A stretch of DNA of 36,602 nt from Octopus bimaculoides (taxonomy: Eukaryota): positions 184,722,777 to 184,759,378 of the forward strand of contig NC_068982.1 of the NCBI RefSeq assembly GCF_001194135.2, given 5' to 3'. Of the stretch, positions 1 to 9,999 are shown one piece after another. The notes beneath the pieces were generated by a model. It was not told the DNA's origin, searched no databases, and worked only from the letters and a program-made list of their open reading frames with translations. Position 1 is the first letter of the stretch. Every line of letters starts with the position of its first letter. The position numbers and the translations under genes are program-made.

Positions 1-36
1 ATATATATATATATATATATATATACGCGCGCGCGC
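1..36. repeat. (TA)n followed by (CG)n alternating purine-pyrimidine tract
   Basis: Read directly: atatat...atatacgcgcgcgcgc. Confidence 0.95.
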
Positions 37-93
37 ACATATATTTAATATACCCACATATATAACATATATATGCATATACACTTATACACC

Positions 94-136
<43 letters not shown>

Positions 137-497
137 GTATAGGGGTTTGAATATGCGTTTGGATATATATAATCAAATGGCCTTTGCATGTATGTGTGAG
201 TATGTGCATATGTGAGTGTGTTTGTTATTTATGTATGCGTGTATTTATTTGTGGTTATGTATGTTTCGCTTTAATTTCTGATTCTGTCTATGTGCATGTT
301 GTAGAATGTGTACACGCGTAAGTGTGTATACATACTTACTGTGTATACATATTTACGTTTTCAGATAAGTACATATGAATGTATATAGAGAAATACGATA
401 TTTGTGTTATACATGGGAAGTATGTTTACGTAATTGCATATGCATACGAGTGTATATGAAAAGGTATGTATAACGTATACATTTACATACATCTCTC

Positions 498-551
<54 letters not shown>

Positions 552-885
552 NNNNNNNNNNNNNNNNNNNNNNNNNNNNNNNNNNNNNNNNNNNNNNNNN
601 NNNNNNNNNNNNNNNNNNNNNNNNNNNNNNNNNNNNNNNNNNNNNNNNNNNNNNNNNNNNNNNNNNNNNNNNNNNNNNNNNNNNNNNNNNNNNNNNNNNN
701 NNNNNNNNNNNNNNNNNNNNNNNNNNNNNNNNNNNNNNNNNNNNNNNNNNNNNNNNNNNNNNNNNNNNNNNNNNNNNNNNNNNNNNNNNNNNNNNNNNNN
801 NNNNNNNNNNNNNNNNNNNNNNNNNNNNNNNNNNNNNNNNNNNNNNNNNNNNNNNNNNNNNNNNNNNNNNNNNNNNNNNNNNNNN
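552..885. other. Assembly gap. Other N-runs: 4610-4619, 6852-7049, 9612-9682, 9834-9843, 11804-11920, 14396-15130, 17135-18009, 19283-19563, 20881-21155, 22633-22850, 23868-24071
   Basis: Runs of n, nearly all abutting (TA)n, (CA)n, (CT)n or (CAC)n tracts. Confidence 0.99.
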
Positions 886-1252
886 ATAAATACACACATG
901 TATGTACGTATATATATATATATATTTATTTATTTATTTATTTATGTATACAGACATATATTTATACATGGATATACATATAGATATATATATATGTACA
1001 TGTATATATATGAACATATTGATACACAGACACATACATGCTTACTTATATACATGCATACATTCATTACTTACATACATACATACACACATGTATACTA
1101 ACATATACAAAAACATACATACATCTTACGCATCTATTCATGAATATCTTTTCGGTAGATTGCACAGTGTAATGTGTCGAGATATATATATGTAACCAGA
1201 TAAAGGTTTTAGTCAAAATTCTTAGAAAATGAAAATTTGGTGGAAAAGTAAC

Positions 1253-1305
<53 letters not shown>
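1253..1305. repeat. (AAT)n microsatellite
   Basis: Perfect trinucleotide run. Confidence 0.98.
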
Positions 1306-1308
<3 letters not shown>

Positions 1309-1724
1309 ATAGAGATTGATAAATTGATCTGAGAAAAGAAAACTTGTTAAAAAGAATATAAAAATTGAAGAAACATTTTAAGCGATCCGGCAGCCTTGAG
1401 AGATTATCTTTCATGTGTCTGTCTACCTCTTTGATTACGTCTGAAGCTATAGAGTGAAGTTTTTTATACATTAGTAGCATAGGCTTCTTACCGAAGACTG
1501 GGTATTTGAAGTGGCTTGCTCTACTTTCCTTTACTATCACCTGTTATTTTATATTCAGACGTTTTTTTGAAAAAAAAAAATAAATAAATAAATAATTGGT
1601 GGTGGTGTGGTGCCGAGCAAGGTTTAGGTGTCATGTTTTTCTTCTTGCTAGTATACAATGTATGCAATATTTCATCACAGCAACATCAATGAAATATCTA
1701 TAAACATTATTGCTATTAATGATA

Positions 1725-2260
1725 AAAGTGAAAAGATGGATATGGGTTTGAATAGCAAATAAATAGAGACAATGAAAATCTCAGAGAGAGTTCCACCAAT
1801 TTGCAACATAATAATTAATGTGACGATCGTAACACAAGTCATTGGTTTTTAAATATTTAGAAACCATTATGGAAATGAAAAACAAAGACATCAAAGAATT
1901 TAAGTGAAGGATTGGTTCGGATATGACAGTTTTTAAGTGAGATCAAACATAGTGTTAAGAAAATTATCGTCAATGGGAGTGAGAAAACGAATCCTTGGGG
2001 TAGACATAGAAGCGATCATTATGTATAGCTGTGTGACCTGGAATATCAAAAAATAACTCTAATGGCTTATCAATGCTGCGGAGATGTGGTTTCTTAGACG
2101 ATGATATCCGATACGCTGAAGATATCCTGTATGCTGAAGATATCCTGAAAGATAGATTAAGAACGTCGAAGTGAGACGAGCAGAAATCACCAGAAGGAGC
2201 GAGGAAGCAGATTAAGTCCATTGGATATCATATGAAGAAGAAAAAAAGCTGAGAGGAAGA
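1725..2260 (+). mobile_element. Degenerate RTE-clade LINE fragment (end of RT plus downstream region)
   Basis: Broken frames give DKSEKMDMGLNSK, FKYLETIM, NKDIK, AIIMYSCVTWNI and NAAEMWFLRR, in the order of the RTE motifs GLKLNxKKT / FKYLGS / LYGCETWT / AFEMWxxRRM. Multiple frameshifts. Confidence 0.75.
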
Positions 2261-2272
2261 AGAAACTAGGAA

Positions 2273-2327
<55 letters not shown>

Positions 2328-2359
2328 TAGAGAGAGAGAGAGAGAGGGAGAGAGAGAGA
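2273..2359. repeat. (GA)n microsatellite
   Basis: Read directly. Confidence 0.97.
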
Positions 2360-2556
2360 AGCCACTTGATAATGTCCGCTAAGTTTCGCTAAGTGTGACA
2401 GGAGATGATGGATCTCATGATCACTGACTTTTGTTGGTAATAAGATATAAAGGGATATATAACGAGGTTGCATATTAGAAGTACTAACTGTCTGTGATTG
2501 TTAAAATAATTAGTTCTGATTTAGAAAGGCAAAGGGCACAACTCCAAAATTTAAAT

Positions 2557-2938
2557 TGTTGTTGTTGGCACTCCGTCGCTTACGACGTCGAGGGTTCCAG
2601 TTGATCCGACCAACGGAACAGCCTGTTCGTAGAAATTAACGTGTAAGTGGCTGAGCACACCACAGACACGTGTACCCTTAACGTAGTTCTCGGGGATATT
2701 CAGCGTGACACAGTGTAACAAGGCTGACCCTTTGAATTACAGGCACAACAGAAACAGGAAGTAAGAGTGAGAGAAAGTTGTGGCGAAAGAGTACAGCAGG
2801 GTTCGCCACCATCCCCTGCCGGAGCCTCATGAAGCTTTAGGTGTTTTCGCTCAATAAACATTCACAACGCCCGGTCTGGGAATCGAAACCGCGATCCTAT
2901 GATCACGAGTCCGCTGCCCTAACCACTGGCCCATTGCG
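2557..2938 (-). mobile_element. tRNA-derived SINE, family D, near full length, (CAA)n tail
   Basis: Minus strand starts cgcaatgggccagtggttagggcagcgg (A box) then ggtttcgattccc (B box) and ends gagtgccaacaacaaca. Near-identical copies at 14121 and 19955. Confidence 0.92.
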
Positions 2939-3534
2939 TATATAATGGAGAGTGAAACAGATCTTTGTTATACCAGGGACAACACTGGATACGTTTTGAT
3001 CATATCTAAACTATTGAGACGATATGTAGTCTACATTACTATTTACCAGACCCTAGACGACTCATAGAGATATGAAGTGTTATTTAAGATAATTAAAAAA
3101 TGTAGTTAAGGGACAGATATTATGAATGAAGTATTTCTGCTTACTACTCTAAATGTATCAGCCCCTCACAAAACTATACGTCTGCATGCAGAAGACATCC
3201 ATCAGATATTTCTCATCACAATTTGGATGACAGGATGGAAACTAATTGAAGTTGTTGTGTAGCCCCAGGTGAAGCTTGATTAAGAAAATCTATGATCGGA
3301 AATGTTGCAGCGATAACCATCACGTGTGGTTTCCAGAAGTCATTAATTTAAGACAGATTTTTTTTCCATACCAAAAGTAACCGTGCGAAGCAGCAAGGTA
3401 TGAGGGAAATATTCGAATCACAACCGTATAATTACACACACGTACACGCACACATACACATACACACATTATATATAATAAATACATATGTATAATTAAA
3501 CATCATACATATATCGGCGGAAGCAGTTCCAAAT

Positions 3535-3815
3535 AGCATTCTGTATGTCTTACTTAATGTGGATATACTGTAGAAGCCAGAAAACTGCGATATTCGTCTC
3601 CAGAAAGCATCTCGCATAGACGCACAGTGCTATAAAGCACAAAAGTATATCAGCACCTGAAGAAAAGCTAATGGGCGCTTTTCTTTCTTGTACTGATATA
3701 CTTCTATACCTGTTAGCATCACTGTACGTCAATTCGAGATGCTTTCTCGAGACGAAAACCGCAGTTTTCTGACTTTCTACAGTATATCCACATTAAGTAA
3801 GATTTACAGAATGCT
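3535..3815. mobile_element. 281-bp foldback (palindromic) element, MITE-like
   Basis: The outer 84 columns of the two arms differ at 8 positions and include a 28-bp perfect stretch (tcttacttaatgtggatatactgtagaa). Pairing continues imperfectly to an 8-nt loop at 3669-3676. Confidence 0.85.
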
Positions 3816-3850
3816 CTCTCTCTCTCTCTTTCTCTGTCTGTCTGTCTGTC

Positions 3851-3933
<83 letters not shown>

Positions 3934-3975
3934 AGAGAGAGAGAAGGGAGAACGAGAGAGAAAGGAAAACGAGAG
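3813..3975. repeat. Compound (CT)n/(CTGT)n/(TA)n/(GA)n microsatellite
   Basis: Read directly. Confidence 0.95.
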
Positions 3976-4515
3976 AGATAGAGACCGGTGTGAGAGAAAC
4001 AGAGATGGAAAGAGAGAAATTATATCTATTCTCACATAAGATGAAGTAGTTAAGTTACAACGAATTGCCTGAAAAAAAAATACTGTATTGATGTATATTC
4101 ACTTGACCTTCTTGAGCACATGATGAGGTCGATGAATTGCAAAAGTCAGATGTCACTCAAAACTGAACTCTCGTCCCTCGTTCAGATAACTGAGAACAAA
4201 AACGAACGGAAAATCAGTAGGTTCTCTTTATGTATATCTCCTTGTAAACTGACTCCTAACTAGCGAGAGCGTTCCCTGCTAATGCAACATTCTGTAGTGA
4301 TCTATCAAACGTATATGTACATCAGCTTCTTGTACCCACCGCCATACACTTCCATCATAGAGTTATTGAAAGATTCTGGAAATATGTACCATTTATATCT
4401 GTTTTTTTTTTCGTTTTCCACAGTGAGTAATTTCTCTGTTTATACATGTACATATAAACATACGCAAACATAAACACACATTTCTATATAGATTTACACC
4501 CCTACATACACACAC

Positions 4516-4593
<78 letters not shown>

Positions 4594-4619
4594 ATACATA
4601 TATATATATNNNNNNNNNN

Positions 4620-4670
<51 letters not shown>
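4516..4670. repeat. (ATCT)n then (TG)n microsatellites separated by a 10-N gap
   Basis: Read directly. Confidence 0.95.
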
Positions 4671-4673
<3 letters not shown>

Positions 4674-4834
4674 ATGCAGCAGAAGCAATAAGAGATTTAA
4701 GTTAGAATTTATATAAATGCATATAAATACATTGAAACAGGCAAATTGTTTTTGCGATATTCGTCCGGTAACGATATTTCCTATGGAGACGTTGTGCTTC
4801 AAACCATATGTATATTTCGGAGAGAAACGGAATT

Positions 4835-5660
4835 CGCCTCAGCAGCGGCAAGTGAGGACGCTAAACAGGTGTTTTGCAGGTGTTAAGTTGATCTCAAAGC
4901 TCTTCAAAGAGGCTTTGAGTGTATCCTTAAAGTGCTTTTTCTGTCCACTATGCGCGCGCTTGCCCTCCGCCAGTTCAATCTAAAACAGCTTCTTGAGGAG
5001 TTGCATGTTAAGCATTTGAAGAAGGTGACCTACTCTCTTGACTTGCGCTCTTCTCAGCAGATCAGCTCATGAGAGGACCTCTGTGTCTGAGACCTTGTTT
5101 TGCGCGGTGATTTTCAATAGCTTTCTAAAGCAGTTCATGTGGAAGCGGTTTAGCTTTTTGGCGTGGTGTTCGTAAACTGCCCAAGTCTCTCAAGCGTACA
5201 GTAGAGTAGGCAGTACAACCGCTTGGTACGTCTTCAGCTTGGTGGCCAGCCTAATACCACTCTTCTCTCACACCGATTCATGTAGCCGCTCGAATGTTGA
5301 GCTTCTTTGGCGATGCGTGTTTCGACTACATTGAGTTTGCTGCCGAAGTATGTAAACTTATCAACGACCTTCTGAGATTCCCTTCCACAGTGATAATTGC
5401 TTTCACGTGAGGCCTTTGTGGGGCAGGTTGGTGCATGATCGCTATCTTCTGAGTACAGATTGTCGCTGGCAGTGGAGAAACAGTTCATACTCTGCTGTAC
5501 GTGAGCCTCTGTAGTAGCGCTGAGTTTGCAGGTGTATGCGAACAGGAAGTCGTGTACTGAGTCCTCTTTCACAATGGTCTTGGCCTGTAGTCTCTGCAGG
5601 TTGAAGTGTCTACCATCAGTCCTGAATCTGATCTTGATGCAGCTTTCTTCGTCGTTACAG
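4835..5660 (-). mobile_element. Dead RTE-clade LINE fragment (AviRTE/BovB-like RT C-half and downstream region)
   Basis: Translates as IKIRFRTDGRHFNLQRLQAKT..VHDFLFAYTC (catalytic FADD decayed), VVDKFTYFGS, LKTYQAVVLPTLLYA, KKLNRFHMNCFRKLLKI, ELAEGKRAHSGQKKHFKDTLKASL. Frameshifted. Confidence 0.9.
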
Positions 5661-5764
5661 AAGGAAAAATTGTTTTCCTCTCTCTGCTGGTTAGTTTACT
5701 GCGGCTAACGGTGGTTCAATTTAGCAGAAATGAACAAAGAATTGATATAAACAATGACTAACAA

Positions 5765-6460
5765 GTGTGTAAGAAATAAGACGGGTGATCGCCAAAACTG
5801 ACTTTATTTGGTGAGCTCAATTCTGGTAAGCGACCACAACGTAAACCGAACAAAAGTTATAAAGACTGTATGAAGGTAAACTTGAGGAAACTAGATATGA
5901 ACAAAAGTGATTGGTAAAATGAGGTTCTAGATTGGAACAAGTGGAGAGGTGCTGTTAGGACTGGTTGCAATGCCTGGGAGGAAAAGATGATTCAGCGCTC
6001 TGAGTTTAAAAGGGCCTGCCGCAAAGGAACAATTGGAACTGTAATCAACAGTGAACATTAGATATGTATTATATGTTATCGTGTTCTGTTGTCAAAAGCA
6101 GGATACGTAAATCATATGAAGTCACATGAAAGTCGAAATGCCCAGATAGGTAATGGTCTTGGACACCAACCGCCTCTTATGACTTGTGTCATATGTAGCA
6201 AAACTTGTAAGACAATATCTGAACTTAAAAGGCTTATGCTACTTCACAAAAACATTCCTTCAGAATCAGATTTCAAAGAGCAGAGATATAGAAGAAACTT
6301 GAATATCTGTCACTTGTGTTTTAAACCCTGTCAGTCAGCAGCTGGTCTTAAAAGTCATCTAAGGGCTCATCAAGAGAGTGATTGAGCTGTGTGATGGTAT
6401 GTGGAGTGTGTGTTGATGGGATGGCTATCATCTGTTAAGATGAAGCAATCATCATAAATG
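5765..6460 (+). mobile_element. 3' end of an RTE-clade LINE whose ORF2 ends in three tandem C2H2 zinc fingers, with short 3' UTR and (CAT)/(ATGT) tail
   Basis: One frame 5789-6385 with two point stops (5915 TAA, 6059 TAG): PKLTLFGELNSGKRPQRKPNKSYKDCMKVNL..KWRGAVRTG, then CIICYRVLLSKAGYVNHMKSH, CVICSKTCKTISELKRLMLLH and CHLCFKPCQSAAGLKSHLRAH. Confidence 0.85.
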
Positions 6461-7049
6461 TATGTATCTATGTATGTATGCATGCATGTATGCACATATG
6501 CATATATGATTGGGCTTTCTAAGTTACAATAACTTGTAAGATTATGCAAATAAAAGTTGTAGTAACTCTGAAAGTGTCGCCTGATTGAGAATAAAAAGCT
6601 TCTGGCTATGTTACAAGAAAACTCTGGATTCAGCGAAATGAGAACTTTTTAACAGGGACGATTGCCGGATTTCACACGATACTTCATACAAGCCTTTCCG
6701 ATTACTGCTACATTATGCAAGCATAAAACTTGAAGTGGCTCACGTATAATTCCCCTATTCATAAAAAAATATGTATATATATATATATATATACGTATGT
6801 ATATATATGCATGTATATATGAATGTAAAGACACATACATGCTCGCATATANNNNNNNNNNNNNNNNNNNNNNNNNNNNNNNNNNNNNNNNNNNNNNNNN
6901 NNNNNNNNNNNNNNNNNNNNNNNNNNNNNNNNNNNNNNNNNNNNNNNNNNNNNNNNNNNNNNNNNNNNNNNNNNNNNNNNNNNNNNNNNNNNNNNNNNNN
7001 NNNNNNNNNNNNNNNNNNNNNNNNNNNNNNNNNNNNNNNNNNNNNNNNN

Positions 7050-7088
<39 letters not shown>

Positions 7089-7553
7089 TATATAAACACA
7101 TACACATACTGTGAACACTCTACATATAGCATTCCAAGAACTCTCAGGAATGGTAGAATGCAACCACCAACATCTTGAGAAATCAACTTCTCAACATAAT
7201 AACACACTCGACGCTAAGTAATTTAGCTCAATTGTCCAAGCTCCATTTAACATCATATACACATTTTCAATAACATATAGATGGAAATATTCAAACTTTA
7301 TCATGATGGATTTCTTTGAAACTTCCAGGAAAGACTGATGTACTTGATAGTGTTTCTCAAAATAACATCTTTCGGTTTAAAGTGGATGAAGTTATTAAGC
7401 TAAAGTTTATTATGCGTTAACCAATGTACACACATTGTGTGTGTGTATATGTGTGTGTGTATGTGTGTATGTGTGAGTGTATTTGTTTATGTGTGAGTTT
7501 GTTTAAATGTATATGTATACGCATATGCATATATTCACATACGCATAGACATG

Positions 7554-7594
<41 letters not shown>

Positions 7595-8342
7595 GTATAC
7601 GTATGTATGTATGTGGATATACATATATGTATATATAAGCGTATGTGTATATATATATGTACATATATACGTATATAAATATATATATGTATGTGTGTCT
7701 ACGTACATATGTATGTACGTACGTACGTATGTATGTATGTATGTATGTATATATGTATGCATGCATGTATGTATGTTTGTGTGTACGTATAACAATTAAA
7801 TTCTTTCTGTAAACATTCATTACACGGGTTATTAAAAAAGTTTGGGGAATAGTTGGTTATTTTAAAGGATCCGTGACGGCCATATTTGTTTTCCACAATT
7901 ACGTTATTGAAGTTTTTTTCTTTATTTTGGTATCCAGTGTCACTTTAAATGGAATGACCATGAAAATTTGTTACGTGAGGAATCGAAATATTAGGAAAAT
8001 AGAACCGAAACTGATTTTATCGAATTCAAATGTGCCGGCAGCATCATTTGTAACAGTTCCAGACAACTGGAAATCACAGAGGAATCTACATCACAATGTA
8101 ATATAAGGTTTCGAGCATTCAAGCTCGGATAAGCTATCAGAGAATAGAGAAAAATGGAAACACTTATCCAAATTATCATCACTTTGCTTCGATCGTGCTG
8201 TGATTTCTGAGGGTTGTATTTGTAAATCTAGAAATCTGGTTCGATGTCTCACGGCGAGTACAACTATTCCCATTAGATAATTGATGGAGAGATTACAGCC
8301 TCATAAGTTGAAATCAAAATCGATGAAGCGATGAGATTAGTC

Positions 8343-8430
<88 letters not shown>

Positions 8431-8963
8431 GTGAAGATGCGTGGCCCAGTGATTAGGGTGTTGCACTCACGATCTAGCGATCGTGATTTCAATTCCTATA
8501 CCGGGTGGTGCGTTATGTTCTCGAGCAAAACACTTCATCTCGTCGTGTTCTGCGATCACTTCTTTTCTACTCTAGGCACAAGGCCCGAAATTTTGGGGGA
8601 GGGAGTCATTCGATTAGATCGACCCAGTACGCAACTGGTACTTAATTTATCGACCACGAAAGGATGAAAGGCAAAGTCGACCTCGGTGGAATTTGAACTC
8701 AGAACGTAAAGACAGACGAAATACTGTACGATATTTCGCCCGGTGTGCTAACGTTTCTGCCAGCTCGCCACTTTTCTGCGATCACTTCGACACATGACAT
8801 GTGTGGTACACTGTTCACTTGTTCAGACAACGTTGATTTGATGGAGAGAGGGTGAGCTAATGTGCAGCACGCACATCTGGTCACTATTGTAAACAAATCA
8901 TTTGTGCAAGGCGTTCAGTAAAAAGCTGAACACTCATACGTCGTCTTCGACGAGAGAGTCCAT
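8431..8963 (+). mobile_element. tRNA-derived SINE, family C (host), interrupted by a family B SINE
   Basis: Head gcgtggcccagtgattagg / gatttcaattcc, then gagcaaaacacttcatctc. Body resumes after 8788 and ends in a CGTCG-tctt-CGACG hairpin. Head resembles the copy at 31216. Confidence 0.7.
8563..8773 (-). mobile_element. tRNA-derived SINE, family B, bounded by a 15-bp TSD
   Basis: Minus strand gtggcgagctggcagaaacgttagc...gagttcaaattcc...gaggtcgactttgcctttcatcctttcg...gataaattaagtaccag. ttctgcgatcacttc occurs at 8548-8562 and 8774-8788. Confidence 0.9.
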
Positions 8964-9048
8964 CACACACAGACACAGACACACACACACACAGACACGC
9001 GCGCGCGCGCATCGGTTGCATATACATAGTGTGTGTTCTGTGTATAAA

Positions 9049-9503
9049 CCAACTGCTGCGGTATAACATCCTGGGAAAGCTCCCTACATGACCCTGAGTG
9101 TTAAAGGACTCAGAATGCCCCAGACCAGGCGGGACGCTACCCTGCTGCAAATTGGCGTATAAACAAAACACACACTTTCTATGTGCGACCGATAATGTTT
9201 ACATTATTAGAGCTGCTTTAAAATCGAAATCTAATGTTGATTCACATGTGCTACGTTGCAGAACATCACCAAATGAACTTCACGCTATTTGCATATATCT
9301 GCCAGACCGGTGATTCATTTCGTTTCGGGGTGTGTTGAATACATGGTACCGACGAGCGACAATATTAACGAAATATCGATAGATATCAATTTTGCTGACC
9401 TTGGGGCGAGTTGTCTCGTCTGGTCTGGAACAACCCGTGTTCTTTAACATTCTGCGTTGTGTGGGGAGCTTTCCCAGGACGCTACTCTGCAGCAAACTGG
9501 CGT
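9049..9503. repeat. Inverted-repeat element with about 85-bp arms (9049-9134 / 9414-9500) and an internal 27-nt direct copy of the right end
   Basis: Perfect 16-bp core tcctgggaaagctccc / gggagctttcccagga plus collinear tgttaaag and ccagaccag blocks. 9132-9158 matches 9477-9503 at 24/27. Confidence 0.7.
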
Positions 9504-9515
9504 CGCCGTCGTCGT

Positions 9516-9516
9516 T

Positions 9517-9549
<33 letters not shown>

Positions 9550-9870
9550 GTGGTCGTCGTTGTCATCACCACCACCACCACCACCACCACCACCACCATC
9601 ACCACCATCACNNNNNNNNNNNNNNNNNNNNNNNNNNNNNNNNNNNNNNNNNNNNNNNNNNNNNNNNNNNNNNNNNNNNNNNCACCACAACCACCGCCAT
9701 CATCACCACCATCATCACCATTATCACCACCACCATCACAATCACAATCATTACAACTACCATAATCAACAAAAGCATCATCATCATTACCACCATCATT
9801 ATCACAATCAACAGCACCATCACCACCACCACCNNNNNNNNNNCACCACCATCACCACCACCATCACCAC
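9516..9870. repeat. (CAT)n/(CAC)n degenerate triplet array (two N gaps); source of the poly-His/Thr/Ser pseudo-ORFs
   Basis: Read directly; all frames are open only because the triplets lack stops. Confidence 0.92.
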
Positions 9871-9999
9871 CCTCGATCAGCTACAATTGCGTCAGGCATT
9901 GTAGCTGATCGATCATCAACTTCCCCAGTTCATCAGTAGTGCTGACGTGATGAGTTTCACATCCTATCCTCTTTGAATCAAATGTTACAACATCTGCAA

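Noticed and set aside
361-1195. Long ORFs spanning N-runs and dinucleotide repeats (also around 6.7, 14.3, 17.0, 19.2, 20.8, 22.5 and 23.6 kb)
   Set aside because: They are open only because N, (TA)n, (CA)n and (GA)n contain no stops; the products are YI, HT, CV or ER repeats.
2112-2147. 18-bp tandem duplication (ta(c/t)gctgaagatatcctg x2)
   Set aside because: It is real but is a post-insertion slippage event inside a dead RTE fragment, with no functional implication.
2557-2938. tRNA genes, or a CRISPR-like array from the recurring repeats
   Set aside because: The A/B-box heads lack full cloverleaves and continue into SINE bodies. The repeats are dispersed eukaryotic SINEs, with no regular repeat-spacer array or cas genes.
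6089-6385. Host C2H2 zinc-finger gene
   Set aside because: It is in frame with RTE post-RT motifs, has in-frame stops upstream and ends in a LINE-type 3' hairpin and tail, so it was treated as retroelement-encoded.
7821-7850. tacacgggttattaaaaaagttt resembling a mariner TIR
   Set aside because: No partner TIR or transposase remnant was found nearby.
8100-8135. GAGC-ttgaat-GCUC-GAAA on the minus strand; a similar GCUCGAAA half-motif occurs at about 14075-14095
   Set aside because: There is no adjacent CUGANGA. These are at best eroded Penelope-like tails, not callable ribozymes.
8996-9010. (CG)n Z-DNA-prone tracts (also 25-36, 8415-8423, 24285-24296 and 31559-31568)
   Set aside because: They are short and embedded in ordinary (CA)n/(TA)n microsatellites, with nothing linking them to function.
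9392-9908. Poly-His/Ser/Pro/Thr ORFs resembling His-rich proteins
   Set aside because: All three frames are open over CAT/CAC triplet arrays, with no unique domain or splice support.
9905-9945. CUGAUGA on the minus strand followed by a 4-bp stem
   Set aside because: It is followed by GAUG rather than GAAA, with no stem III/NUH or stem I. CTGAAGA at 2116, 2134 and 3657 and CTGACGA at 18212 were rejected for similar reasons.
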